DNA from: Moniliella sp. 'wahieum' | Taxonomy: Eukaryota | DNA length: 64,000 nucleotides | Assembly (NCBI GenBank): GCA_003971905.1 | Contig: RSEE01000044.1 | Coordinates: forward strand, 62,001 to 126,000 | Reading direction: 5' to 3' | Part shown: positions 12,423-25,400 of the stretch, piece after piece | How the letters are laid out: every line of letters starts with the position of its first letter | Numbering within the stretch: the stretch's first letter is position 1 | Translations under genes and position numbers: made by a program | The notes under the pieces: generated by a model | Databases searched by the model: none | What the model saw: the letters and a program-made list of their open reading frames with translations, nothing else | Told to the model about the DNA's origin: nothing

Positions 12423-15234
12423 ATGTCGGGTTACGCATACGGCCCAGTCAGCCATCCCATGGGCGAGCTGGCCTACGCCGCCGACACCCGTGGCTCCCCG
12501 GCCTCTGTTCCCCACGAATACCAAGAGAGACCCAGCCGTATGAACAACTCTATGGTTCTCCCATTCGTTCTACCGAGGCAACCGCTTTATTTGACTACCA
12601 CCAGCCGGCAACCCCATCTGGGCAGGAATTTCCCCGCGGGTCTGCCACCCCGATGCCTGTCCTACCATCATCCACGGCAACCTACGATCCTCCCTACGCA
12701 GTCACTCCTATCTACCAACCGGCCATTTTACATTCACCTCCCGGTACTCTCCCAATGGCCATTCAAGACAACTGCCATCGGAAGACCACACTGTTGTGAA
12801 CATCCCCCAATACCGGGTTCCCGGATGGGGTTACGAGATTGAAACGGAGAAGAACATGTATGACGACGGCGCCACTTATGATTCTGGGGCAGATGAGAGT
12901 CAAGATGGTGGCTTGCAATTTGACGATGAAGATGATGAAGGCAACACAAGTACCCACATTTTGGCCCTGCGCCCGCGCTCGGTGCCCAGTTGCGTCGCCA
13001 CAAAGCAAGAAGCATGTCCCTTTGACCCAAGGCAACCTCATTATAGATTGTCCAGTTCCCACCAAGCTGCTTAACGTTCTGAACAATCGCACTGACAGCG
13101 AGTTTACTACTATGCGCTACACTGCCGTTACTTGCGATCCCGACGAGTTTGTCGATCATAACTATACCCTACGCCCCAAGCTGCATGGACGTCAGACCGA
13201 ACTCTTCGTATGCATGACAATGTACAATGAGGATGAAGTCTGTGAGTATTCCCGTCCACCGTCTCCCCCACTTGGGATCTGACTGTCTTCTTTGCTCCGC
13301 AGTATTTACGAGGACCCTGCACGGTGTCATGAAGAATATTGCTCATCTCTGTTCGCGCAACCGCAGCAAAACTTGGGGCCAGCATGGCTGGCGAAAAGTG
13401 GTGGTGGCAATCATTTCAGATGGGCGCAAGAAGATTCACCCCCGTGTTCTGGACTGCCTGGCTGCCTTGGGTATATCAAGACGGCGTTGCGAAAACACAG
13501 TCAACGACCAAGTGGTGACGGCGCATGTCTACGAGTACACCACCCTTAGTTTGGATTCCAATATGCGTTTCAAAGGCGCTGAAAAGGGGCTGGTACCCTG
13601 TCAGATCATCTTTTGTCTCAAGGAGCGTAACCAAAAGATTAACTCTCATCGCTGGTTCTTTAATGCCTTCTCTCGGGTTCTCGAGCCCAACGTTTGTCTC
13701 CTGCTGGATGTGGGAACAAGACCCGAACCCAAGTCTTTGTACCATTTGTGGAAGTCGTTTGATCTCAGTTCAAACGTCGCGGGCGCCTGTGGAGAAATAT
13801 GCGCAAAACCCGTGGGAAATGGGGCATTGGACCTGCTCTAATCAACCCCCTTGTGGCCGCACAAACTTTGAGTATAAGATCTCCAACATCTTGGACAAAA
13901 CAACCGAATCGGTCTTCGGCTTCATTTCGGTATTGCCTGGCGCCTTTTCGGCATACCGATATATTGCCCTCCAAAACGACCAGGATGGCAAAGGCCCGCT
14001 GGCCTCTTACTTAAAGGCGAACACTTTTGGGTGCTGAAGCGACGTGTTCACCTCCAACATGTATTTGGCTGAAGACCGTATCTTGTGCTTTGAATTGGCC
14101 GCCAAACGCAACGAGAGATGGTTCTAAAGTATGTCAAGTCGGCGCGGGCTGTGACGGACGTGCCGACGGACCTGGCCGAGCTAATCACTCAACGGCGGCG
14201 CTGGCTTAACGGTTCGTTCTTTGCAGCCTTGTACTCCTTGGTGCACACCCGTCAATTGGGGGCCAGCGGACACACGCCTATACGCAAAGCAATGCTGGGC
14301 GTTCAAGCGCTGTACAACCTCTTAAACCTGATATTCTCCTGGTTTGCCATGGGTAACATGTTCATCTTCTTTGCCATCCTCACACAGGGTCTCGAAGCGC
14401 CCCAGTTTCACGTCCCTCACATCAGCGTGCTCAACACGATCACCCAGTATGTCTACATTGGCGCACTGGTTAGCTGCTTTATCTTTGCCCTGGGCAACCG
14501 ACCCCAAGGTTCGAAGTGGAAGTACTACACCGTGGCATCGATTTTTGCGGTGCTCATGCTTTACATGATCATTGCGGCTGTTATCTGCTTTGTTCGTGTA
14601 CTTGAGGGTGAGCATAACGGTCTCTATGCTGAGATGATTGTGTCCATTCTCTCCACCTATGGAGTGTATGTCGTCGCGTCTTTCATCGCGCTCGACCCAT
14701 GGTACCTGTTCACGAGCATGATCCAGTACATACTCTTGAGCCCGACTTACGCCAATATCTCAACGTCTATGCCTTTTGCAACCTGCACGACTTTTCGTGG
14801 GGAACCAAAGGGGATCATACTGTCTCCAACGACTTGGGCCGCGCTGTTGTGGCGGGCAAGGGGGAAAAGGAGGTGGTGGAGCTGGTCTTGCCTAATGGGC
14901 AGGCAGACATTGATGCAGCCTACCATGACGCCCTTCTCAATCTCAAGCAACCTCCCATCATCACCAAAGGCCCTCCTTCCCCCGATGATCAAGCATTGGT
15001 GCAGATGGATTACTACCGCAACGTCCGCACCAATGTTGTCTTGGCTTGGGTCCTGTCCAACATTCTCATCATGGCTGTCATCCTCTCCGGAGGGGACGTG
15101 GCAGCGTGTTCGACTCGACAAGCACCTCGCTTCAGAAGGTGTACATGCTTGTCATCTTAATCTGGGTCGCTATCGGCGCTGCCATCCGTTTATTGGAGCT
15201 CAATTTAACGACGATCCGCCTCCTGGGCGGGTAA
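12423..15234 (+). CDS. chitin synthase, division I (class I/II/III type)
   Basis: [107 protein letters not shown]. Intron at 13242-13302. Start approximate. Confidence 0.96.
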
Positions 15235-16167
15235 GAGTGGCTAACAGGTGATCATGCCAATGCACCACTGCACTTCAACGCTCCATCTTTGTTTTCGCTT
15301 CTGTTTTGCACCCCTCCTTCAGTGGACGTTCATAAGGCCCCGGTCCCGCCGGCTGCCAGCATACTACTCTCACATGACAAAACATCTCCTTCCTCTTTCG
15401 CTGTGATGCATGTTGTGGTTATAAATTGAAGTATAGATGCATAGTATGGAGTGTTGCACCTATTGACATCTCGATGATAAAGCAGAGCCAACTTGGAGAC
15501 CACACTTACTGACTGACCAATGCGGGAGGCAACGCGTCCGACCCAAGCGCAACAATGGGCGCATCGTTGTGAGTGGTGAAGATAGGGGCGAGAGACCATA
15601 TGCGCTGGAGAGCGCAATGGAATCATCGGTAAAAGTAGGCACCATGCTCCTTGTCGAGGTACACTATCTTCAAGCAGTTCCATATTGGTTGCAACAGACG
15701 AGCCTTACGAACTCCTCCCCTACTAAGGCTGTTAGACCCCGGCAGCGATTTCCCATAATAGTTCTGGGCCTGGATTGTATTCAAGGGACCTCAATCTTTG
15801 AACCCTTAGACCCTCATGGAAGTTTGTCTACGATTCCGTCGCATCCCCCCATACACATGATTGGCAGTTCGAGATAGAGACAGCAAGGCACGCTGCCCAA
15901 CTGGACTGACAGTTGAACCAAGCACCATACCGTAACGTGTTGTTCCAGCCTATCGCTGCCCGTCCTTGGCAAGAAAAAGAGAGTGCGTAGATCGAAGATC
16001 AGAGCAAGCAGTATATGTACATACATGATCAGCTCCGAGAACCACAAAGAGATCGCTCAGGGACAGGAAAGGGGGACGGCCACATGGTGACAACACAGTG
16101 GGGGAGGGGTAGCGGGGGCGGGCAAGCCGCCGAGGCGGCCAGCGAGCCAAGTCGTTCCCTTGGTTCA

Positions 16168-18165
16168 CTACGGACGTGGCTTGGGGGAGGAGAGGTACTG
16201 CGCTGGCGTGGTGTCGCCCAGTGCGCGCAAGAGCACGAAGTAAGTCGCCTGGGTCCGTCTCGTCTTGCTCGGCCGAGCCGGTGCCACCGGGAGGACGGGA
16301 AGAGAAGCAGTGATGGCATTCAGCAAGGTGGCTGCCGCACTCGCACCTTCGGTTGGATCCGATGTACCTGCTTCGTCGACCGTGAGCGGGCCGGCACTCA
16401 AGGGGCGATGGGTACTGGGAGCCTCATGCAACGGATCGCGCAGCACTTCCGTCGCACGCGAAGAGGAGGCTTGCGTATATTGTTGCACCAAACGTGCGAG
16501 AGCAGAGAGCTTATGCGCTTCTTGTCTCAAAAAGTCAATCTGGGGAGGGAAAAGAGATTAGGACATGTTAAACGTAAGCACTGAGAAACGTACCTGGCTT
16601 TCCACATCGGGCCAACGCGGATCCCGAACGGTCCCACGATCAGATAGAATCCAGCTGCGAACTTCCTCGGGGTCGGCCAGATCCTGAGCTGTGGGTGGTC
16701 CAGCTTGTAGTGGTTTCCCTTGCCCTTGTCCTGCTGTGGTGGTGGGAGCTCCTCTAGCTCAGCCGCGGCTTCTGATGCGAGGGTACGCCAAGGCGGTGGC
16801 AGATGGACCGAGTCTCGTTGGGCCCAGGCCAAGGCTCGGCTCGCAGCGGCGCGCAGAGCCGAGTCCTCCTCACCAGCATCGATTGGGGGCGTAGGGTCAC
16901 GCCAGGCGCATAGGCCATCTCTGGCAACTCCTCATCATCCCGTGTTCGCGATTGGTTGGCAAACGCCTCAAGAGTAGCCCATGTCTCGGCTGTAGTAACA
17001 TCCTCCTCGTCCGATTCATCCTCCCCGTCTTGCTCGGGATCGTGATTCCCAGGCCAGACACGTGCAAGCGCTTCGGCTAACAACCCCGTTCGACGCTGAC
17101 ACGCTTCCACGCGCTGGCTGGCGTCTTGCCATCCTTGCACTCCTCTGAAATGCGCGTCTCTACCGCCTGCAGCTCGGCAGCCCGTGGGTATTGGCCACAT
17201 TACGCGGGTGAGGTGCGAGGGAACGACCGTTGGCCCCCGCGCCGCCCCTCCGCCCGCCAGCTCCTCGCGCCGGCCTGGGCGAGAGAGCCAACTGAGTGTG
17301 AGCTCATGCGCGTCCAAGTCGGCCAAGGTTTGGGTAATGGTGTGTTGCAGACGTCGGTCGTGGTCGGTCCGTGCTTGCGATTCGGGCGGCCGAGCACGTT
17401 CAGCGCACCAGGCCAAAAGGTACGTGAAGCGGCCAACGGGGTCGAGCGTGTCGGCACAATGACGATGGAGATGCTCATCGGGGACATTGGGGTGGGGAAA
17501 GGCAATGCTGCCATTGCGGAGGGAAGAAACGCGACGGGCTGCCTTTCCACTGAGTGAACTGCGGTTCCTTCGCCTTTGGCTACAGTCGAAGGAAGACCCA
17601 GTCCGAACGACGCATCTCCTCTCCGTGCCGCCTGGTTGCGCCGTGCAATTGGCGTTTCCCCATCAATCGGCGGGAAGGGGTTCAAAACGACTTTTGGTGC
17701 GGGGACGCCTTGGCGGCGTCGAAGGCACTGGCTCCGCATCTGGTCCTCCTCCTCTTCTTCTGCGTGGAAACGGAAGCCACCAACGACGTGCGACACGCGC
17801 GCCTGTCTCGGTGCCTTGCGAACGGGCTCGGTCTCTTCGGGAGGGGTTGGGCGTGCGCGCTTGCGCTTCGATTGAGATGGCTGTCGGGACGATGCAGAGG
17901 GATGGGCTGATGCGGAGGCGGCGGCGGCAGGGGGACGGGCGCGTGGGCGTGCGCTGGCGGGTGCTGGGGGGCGGCTGGAACGCAGGCCAGGGTCGTCGCG
18001 AGCAGAGGAGGAAGCGACGAGCGAGGTCCCGGGGGCAGCGCGGCGGGTGCGTTTGGGCAACACGTCTTCCAGCCGCACACTCTCGTCCTCGGGGGCAGAA
18101 GAAGCTGCGGCGGAGGGCGCGGCAGCGAGGCGGGCAGAGGTGCGGCGTGGGAGGTTGTTGAGCAT
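16168..18165 (-). CDS. Mis13/Dsn1-like kinetochore (MIND/Mis12 complex) protein
   Basis: Basic low-complexity N-terminus, GGFRF, ETPIARRNQAARRG, an RRSS-type stretch, PHP..FHRHC-like block, LLAWCAERA, and C-terminal IDFLRQEAHKL...LLRAL after an intron at about 16541-16593. Confidence 0.65.
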
Positions 18166-19012
18166 GGAGCGGGCGGGGGTGGGAATGGTGGGCAGGGGGC
18201 TGGAGGCAGCTGGCGGCGCAAACGAGGGGGCACGCGGGCGGGCAGCAGCCGGACGCGGACGGGTGCGGGAGCGGGGGCGGGCGGGCAGCGGCTGGAGGGG
18301 CGGATGGACGCGGGGCGCGGGGTGGTGGAGGAGAGGGAGGCCGCGCTGTTGCTCCGCTGGCAGCCCCCGTGTCGATGAAGGCTGGGGCGCGTCGTGCGGC
18401 CAGGTGCTGCGCCTCGAGCGCTGGTGGGCGGCGGACACTGGCGCCGTGCATGCACGTGACTGCTCAAATGTTAAATTCTACATGTGCATGCAGAGCTCGC
18501 GTCCGCCGTTGCTGCGCTCGCACGGGGGCGCCGGCCTCGTCGACAGTCATCGACCAGCCGTCATCATCATCAATCATCGCATGTGGCCATTTGAAATTTC
18601 GGGTGGCGCTAACCCTGCCTGCCCTGTATGCGCCAGGCCTAGCCTGGCACCACACTGGGCGTTGGCACCAGCCCTCTCCCACCTCCGCTCTCCCCTCTGC
18701 CCGCTGTCCACGCTCGGCGCTGCGTCCATCCATCTCACGGCCATGTTCCTTCTGTCTAGATAACTGCATCAACAAGCATTATCGCGTGAGCAGGGCGCAT
18801 ATTATGAAGTGGGGGATGGAATGGCGGCGGGTCATTGGGCAGGAAGAGGAGCAAGGCATGAGAGGGACGAGGGGACAGGAGACGAGAGCGCCAGGGGGGG
18901 CACACAGTGCACAGCGCCCCACACAGATCAGCATCACGCTTGGCATCAAACGATGGGAACACGAGGGGCAGAGGCGGGCGGACGAGCCAGAGTAGGAATC
19001 TTGGCATCTAGA

Positions 19013-20952
19013 TTAGGCGTCCGGCGCTTGCATGTCGGCTCCATGTTTCCAGAACCACGGAAGTTGTGCAGGACCTTGGCTTGGCCCAGGTCGTCCCGCG
19101 GCGGGGCAAACCACGAGTTGGGAGCGACAATCACATCCGCCACTTGCACCGCCTCTGTCAGCCCATACAGATCGCCAGGACGCAAGCCAGCCACCGCATT
19201 GAGGTAGGTAAACACTGCGTCGGTCCAGCGCGGGCCCCGTCCACTCTTCGACGGAAAGTGGGTGCCAGCCCCAGCGCGGCCAAGCCCAGCTCCAAGGCCA
19301 GATGCGCCAGTTTCGCCAGCTGGAACTGTCTTCCTCGGCCGAACCAACCGGGTAGGCGGGTGTCGAGTCGGCAAAGATCCACTGGCGAGCGGCATCAATG
19401 TTGGTCCAAGGATGAATGGCGTCCTTGTGGAACGGTGTGTGGTGGTCGACGTAATCGGCAAACAGCTTGTCCGAAGCCAACAGACGACGCAACACGTCCA
19501 CCAACACTGGGTGGCCCGGCGCACCATGTAACGTCCACTGGGTAAACTGCACTTCCCGGTGCCGAGGCATAGCCAGGATTCGCGCCGACTCAAGCCAGGC
19601 ACGTGCGCTGTGTTGCATGTACTGCCACGGCTCGCATTCCAACCCGACCACCAAGCGTACCGGTCGGGGGGAGGAAGTCGAATTTGCCCTCGGTCCGACA
19701 GGAACGAGGAGCATGCCGGGTCGTTCGAAGCGCCAGCTTTGACGTGCGGGGAGCAGAGATCCACCGCGCGTCGGGCTTAGTCCAGTCGCTGAGGTTGCCC
19801 ATTGGCTCCACGTCCATATCAGCCCAGGTCCCACCGCGAGAGAGGAGGAGAAGGTAGCGCATAAAGTCTGCCCGCATGACACCGCGTGGGAGGGCGTACC
19901 AGGCCTTCTGCACGCCGTTCGTGTCTTTTGGACCAGGCCCGGCGCCTTGTCAAAGGCATTACCAAGCCGGTTGGGACCAAAGTCTTCGTCGACAAACTCA
20001 TCCGCTTCCTTCTCAGTGAGGAAGGTGACGGGGTCAAAGCCCAAGTCCTCCCAACTCTTGTGCCAGGCTGCCGACTCGTTGGCAGAAAGTAGAACACGGT
20101 CCGAGCTGTACATCGTAGAAGGGATGTGGGAAGCGGGCTGGTCAACAGGAACAGGATGGGAGACCAGAGTGGTGTGCTGGCTGCCGGAGCATCGAGTCAA
20201 CAGATCCCGAGCGGCGACTCGGGTTTGGAGCATGGCCAGCTGCTCAGAAATCGAATCTGTCATGACCCCCGACCCAGCCTCGGAATCGGCAGGCGAGGGA
20301 ACCAAGGCAGTCAAATTTTGATCTTTCACAAAGGTGGAGAGGACAGAAGCGTACTCGCCTCGTGGCACGAGTTGGTAAGGAGGTGGGCGGACGAGCTGAG
20401 TATTGATGCCAAACCCAATCAAGACGAGCAGGAGCATCCCGATAACTTTGAGGATAGGGCGAGCGTTGCGAGGGTTGAACAGAAAGTCGACACGTCGACG
20501 AGCCGCAGGGGGGAGACGGCTGCCTACACGACCCCAGGCAGCGCGAACGTAGCCCAATGGCTTCTCGGTGTCAGCTTCTGTGTTGCCAAGGAGGGCATGG
20601 TCTGGGGCAAGGGTGTATCCCGTCCTCCCCGACCGCGACGCTGGAGTAATGCCAAGGGCCACCAGGAGGAGGGTCTGGCAGTGTCGCCGCTCCCCTTGGA
20701 AGTGAACTTGTTGTCACCGTCAAACTCATATGGGTCGTCGTTGTCGTGATAGGGCTCCTCGCCGATAGTGTCGTCAGCGTTGGCAGCGGCAGCAGCGTTG
20801 CCAAGCTCAGAGGCGGAGTAGGAACTTCCATGGGACACGGCGGTTGAAAGGACGGTGTAAGAGGAAGGGGAGGATGTGTGGCTGGAGGAGGCGGAGCGGG
20901 AGGCGCGTTGGAGGGGGACGTAGTCCGGCGCAGGCGTAGAAGGCGGCGCCAT
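19013..20952 (-). CDS. glycosyltransferase family 32 (Och1/Hoc1-like alpha-mannosyltransferase), type II membrane protein
   Basis: TM LKVIGMLLLVLIGFGI, IPSTMYSS, LPRGVMRADFMRYLLLLSRGGTWADMD (DxD), LVVGLE, QFTQWT..APGHP, EEWTGP..WTDAV, VLHNFRGSW. Confidence 0.9.
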
Positions 20953-22116
20953 GTTAGGCACGCAGGCGCGTGGGAAAAACAGGCAGGGTGGAAAGGAGAA
21001 GGGCGGCCGCCAAGAAACAATGGAAGCGGCCGGGCGGGGCAGAAAGTGGTGATATCAACGCGGCAACTGAGAGGATGGATGAACGATGGCCGATGGTAGA
21101 ACAGAGACGGGAGTGCTGGGTGGATGTGAGGCTGGGGTCGGGTGCGGCTTGCATCTAGAGACTCTAAGGAGGAAGCAGGTGGCAATCGGCCAGTCGACTG
21201 CGCCTGCTGACTTGTGACTTACCGGTGACTGCGAATCGCGGCCTGCTTTGCCGCTCTCGGGCCTTGAAGCTCTTCAAGTTGGAGGACTGGGCGCCTCAGC
21301 CTGAGGCCACAAGCAGGCCGTAAGCGCTAAGCTCTCAAGCTGCAAGCCGGGCACTGGCGGGCACCAAGCCTTGGGCGCATTGCCTGCGCTCCCACGGCGC
21401 AAGGGCCGTGTTGGGTGGCCACCTGCCACCACTGTCGGCTGCTGGGGGAGGTGTTCGCGCTCGCGCATCCTACTCTTGCCCATGCTCGCACCCGTTCGTT
21501 GTTCCGGAGCCGGCCAACCGGCATGCACCAGAGCCCAGGGCCCTCGTCGCCATCCCACAGCGCCAGTGTCGGACTCCGCTGTCCCGGCCTGCTCTGGCTG
21601 GAATGCTGCCGAATTCGCCAGCGCAAGGCCAGTGCCCCACGAAAAAAGCCGCCGTGGCGAGGGCCCAAAATGAAATAATCAAATGTATGCCGCGCAGGCA
21701 ACCAGCAACTAGTAATCCTTGATGTATTAGTATACCAAGCAGGCGTAGTGCTGCGCGTGGATCTCACAGATCTCACACCAGCAACGCTTTCACCTAGTCA
21801 CTAGTCAGGAGCAGCAGGCCAGACGATAAGAGCGGTAATCGATACCTGACGGTAATCCATAATCGGTAAGGCTGGTAGGGTTGATATAGGATTCCCGGTA
21901 ACCGGTAAGGCCTAAGGAAGGAGATGAAATGGAGCGAAGAGCAAGGTTCGCGACACCCAAAGGGGAAAAGAACAAAAAGGGGAAGCTGTGCACTGGGACG
22001 TATTGTATCAGTCTGGGCAAGCTATCCATCTACGTTACAACAGTGTAATCTTCCGCGATTTGAGACTGGCACGGACGATCCGTGTACTCTAAAAACGTGT
22101 CAGTATACTCGGGGAG

Positions 22117-22203
22117 CACTGAGTACCTGAGTACTGAGTACCTGAGTACTGAGTTTGAGTTGACGACTGAGACTCGAGACTCAGTACTCAGTTGAGTACC
22201 GAG
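22117..22203. repeat. degenerate tandem repeat of CTGAGTA(C)
   Basis: gcactgagtacctgagtactgagtacctgagtactgagtttgag...ctgagactcgagactcagtactcagttgagtaccgag. Confidence 0.85.
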
Positions 22204-22459
22204 TGCTGCTGTTTTCGCCTGCACCTTTCCTGCATCTATAGGGAGTAGCCTGTCGATCATGCCAGCTTGTGGCCACTGCCATCGCAGCCGTGTGCGGAGC
22301 GGGTGCACACTCGCATCCGAAAGTCACATGCAGAACCAAAGGAGGGACGATTGAATTGAAGGAGACGTAATGAACAGCCCGGGGGATACATCCGGCACAT
22401 CCAGCTATCCGCGACTGACCGCCGGGATGTGCGACAGGAGCCTTCTCGGTGGTAGTACT

Positions 22460-25400
22460 CTAGTGGTGCTGTCGCTGTCGCAGTCGTTCCAGCTCCCACG
22501 CCAAATTTGACCCACAAGCCCGTTCCGCCCGGATGCGGGCCAAAAGGACCAAGGAGGCGAGTAGGCTTCCAAGTCCTTGTCGGCTCCATGCACCTCGCGC
22601 CGTGCCCACAAGGGCGGTAGCGCACTACAACAGACAGTCCGCTTCGGCATCGCTCGCCTGCAGACCATCATTGTAGACGCGCTGTGCTTGGGCCACCAGA
22701 GCCCCGGCGCGCCCCTCGGCACTGGCGCCCAATGACGACGTAGCTTCGCCACCACCACCACCGCCCGCGAGCGCCGACGCCCCCCCAGCATGCTGCGCGT
22801 GACGTGGGATCCATTCTAGCGCCAACGCACCCGAGTAGACATACGCCCCCTCGAGCGGGATGGAAGAGACGCGCTTATGAAAGATGCCGGCATCGAGGCG
22901 GGACCGTGCGGTCTTTTGCGAGTGGGTGATCATAAAGCCCGTCAAGACACCCTCGGTTAACACATAAGTCCTTCGCTCAAACGGTGCACGGGCCGAGTGC
23001 TTGCGATATAGCGTGCCAATTGCGCGCACTGCATGGCACGCTTCGATCGGACACCAGGTCCACAGCTTGCTCAACGTCTCGCTCATCTCCCCCCATGCCT
23101 GGCCATGGTGGGCATGTGTGTTGGCAAACCCATCAATGCGCATCAGCGCATTCGAGTGAACCTTGGCTTGCGCTCGGTCGTAGACCATATGCGCTCGCAA
23201 CAGCTCCACCCATCGCACCGCTGCCGACACTGAGAAGGCCTCCATCACAACCCGCTGACCATTGGACAATACCATCTGAATCTGACGAAGCGCTTGAATC
23301 TTTGCCTGCTCGGAAGAGGGATGAGCAGCCAAACCTTCTTGCCCCCCCTCATCTGTCACTTGGGATAGAGCCACGTCGCCTCCCAGCAACCCCGAGCGCA
23401 CCAGGTCCGACACGTCCACAAACCCTTCTGCATTTTGTAGCTGCAGGGTTTGACGATGCTTTTCATAGGCATGGTACGCCGCTTGGATCTCCTTCATCCG
23501 GTGCAAACTGGGCTCGCGTGCCAGCACGTCTTGGCGTACCCAGTAGAGCAGATGGGCAAGTAGCCGTTCCAGGTCCGCCGAAATAGCAGGCACGGCAACC
23601 GCCTCCACGGGAGCGGGCGTATCGGCCTCGACAATTGTGCGGGCGCCAGGTGAGAGAGAGCGGAAAAGTTGATCGAGAAGGTAGTTCCGTTCGGCGTTCC
23701 ACTCCGCCTCTTCCTCCGGCTCTTCCTTCCTCTCTGCTTCCTCTGGAGGCCCCGTCGAAACGGTCTCACTGGGCTGCTCGCTCCGGAAACGAGGGAGCCC
23801 AGACAACGAGGGAAACCCAAGCGTCCTTCGCCGCTCCGATACCGTGGTGGTAACGGTGACCGTGCTTGGACGTCGCATGGAAGGCCGAGCTGGCTCGGGA
23901 AGATCGCCATCCTCCACGGGAGAGGACATGTGTGTGACGGCCTCGATGAGGTGGAGGCTGGGCGTGAGAAGTAATAAGCGTTGCAGGCTGGAGGAGGGGG
24001 GAAGGCGCGGGAGAGCGGACAAGCGTATTGACGCCCTTGCCGCAAGATGACATATACCCTAGTTAGTGTCCCCGTGACAGGACGGACACGCCAGAGGTAC
24101 CCCTCTGCACCAGGGGGGTCACCAATCTCCTCTTCCACATTTTCAACCGACTTAACACTCCCCGGAAGCGCGTCCTGCGTAGACACACTTGGCACCAGGT
24201 CTGGAAGTTGTCCACGTGGCTGGTCTTGATCGGGGCTCTCTCCTTCCTGGTGATCTTCTTCGTCGCCAACAGTCTCACAGATGAGAGATGCAGGAAGTGT
24301 GTGGTCCATATGAAAAGCCAGGCGAAGCTCGAGTTTGGGCTTGGGATGCTCACGCTGTGATGTTGTGTTAGTAAGGGCAAAAAGTGCATCAGACCCACCG
24401 GTTATTACGCACCGTAGCCAACAACAGTCCCATTATCACCGCACCACCGTCATTCCCTCCCACTCAGGAAGCCAGTCCAGCCTTGCCCCTATTCTCCAGG
24501 CAAGACGAAAAGGGATCCCACGCTCTTGAGACTGCTTTACCAACGAGCTCCATCCGTCCTTCGACTCCATCTCCCCTCGCTCCATCATGGTCTGCGCCAC
24601 AATTGTTCGCACTACCTCAGGCGTAAGCAGACGGTAGCCAAGGCCATTTCCCCCAGAAGAGAGAAGCGCAGGATGAACAGGGTCGCTGGAGGGAAGAATA
24701 CTCCGACGCGTGCTAACCCAAGACCTCCCGTGCTTTAGGCGTGTCGTCAACGGGCACGGGGATGCGCACTCGTACATTGATGTCGGGCACCGCGACGTCC
24801 AGGAATGATGTGATGGGTGGGGGAGGCGCGGCCGAGTAGGAGCCAGATAGGCGCCTTCTCTGTCTCCCGCCTGGTGCACCGACCAAGCCAGAAGAACGTT
24901 CAGCCCGGTTGGCCGGACCCCATACTGCACTTACTGCGCTTGTCATTCGCGGTCCCACCCGCGCCATATGTCTTCGTAGGTCCCACATCCATTCCAAGCC
25001 AATTGAATGGGAGGACGGTGCGAACAGGTAAATCTTGGTACCGCCACCGGACGGCGTAGGGCAAGCAAGTTGGTTCGTGCCGTCTGATCGCTTGCGTTTA
25101 ACAGGCCCATATTGGACGTCCACCAAGCATCGTTGGCCGAGTTGAGCGTCTTGGTTTTGCCATGGGAAGCCGCAATGGTCTGTGGGCCGTAGAAATGGTG
25201 ATGGAAAAGAGGTAGTCGACAGGGCTGTAAAGCGAAAGCCCCACGCGCCTGTCGCCCACTTGAATGGTCTGAATCCGGTTCAAGCCCTGGACACTGGCCT
25301 GTCCCAGCGCCGGGGCCGCGGCCAAAGCCTGATCCAAGCTCTCCGCTGCAGACGAACCAAGAGGATGCATGGCATTCCACAGGCCGCGCACCACCCGATC

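Noticed and set aside
22117..22203. CRISPR-like array
   Set aside because: 7-8 bp tandem units without unique spacers, no cas genes, eukaryotic context.
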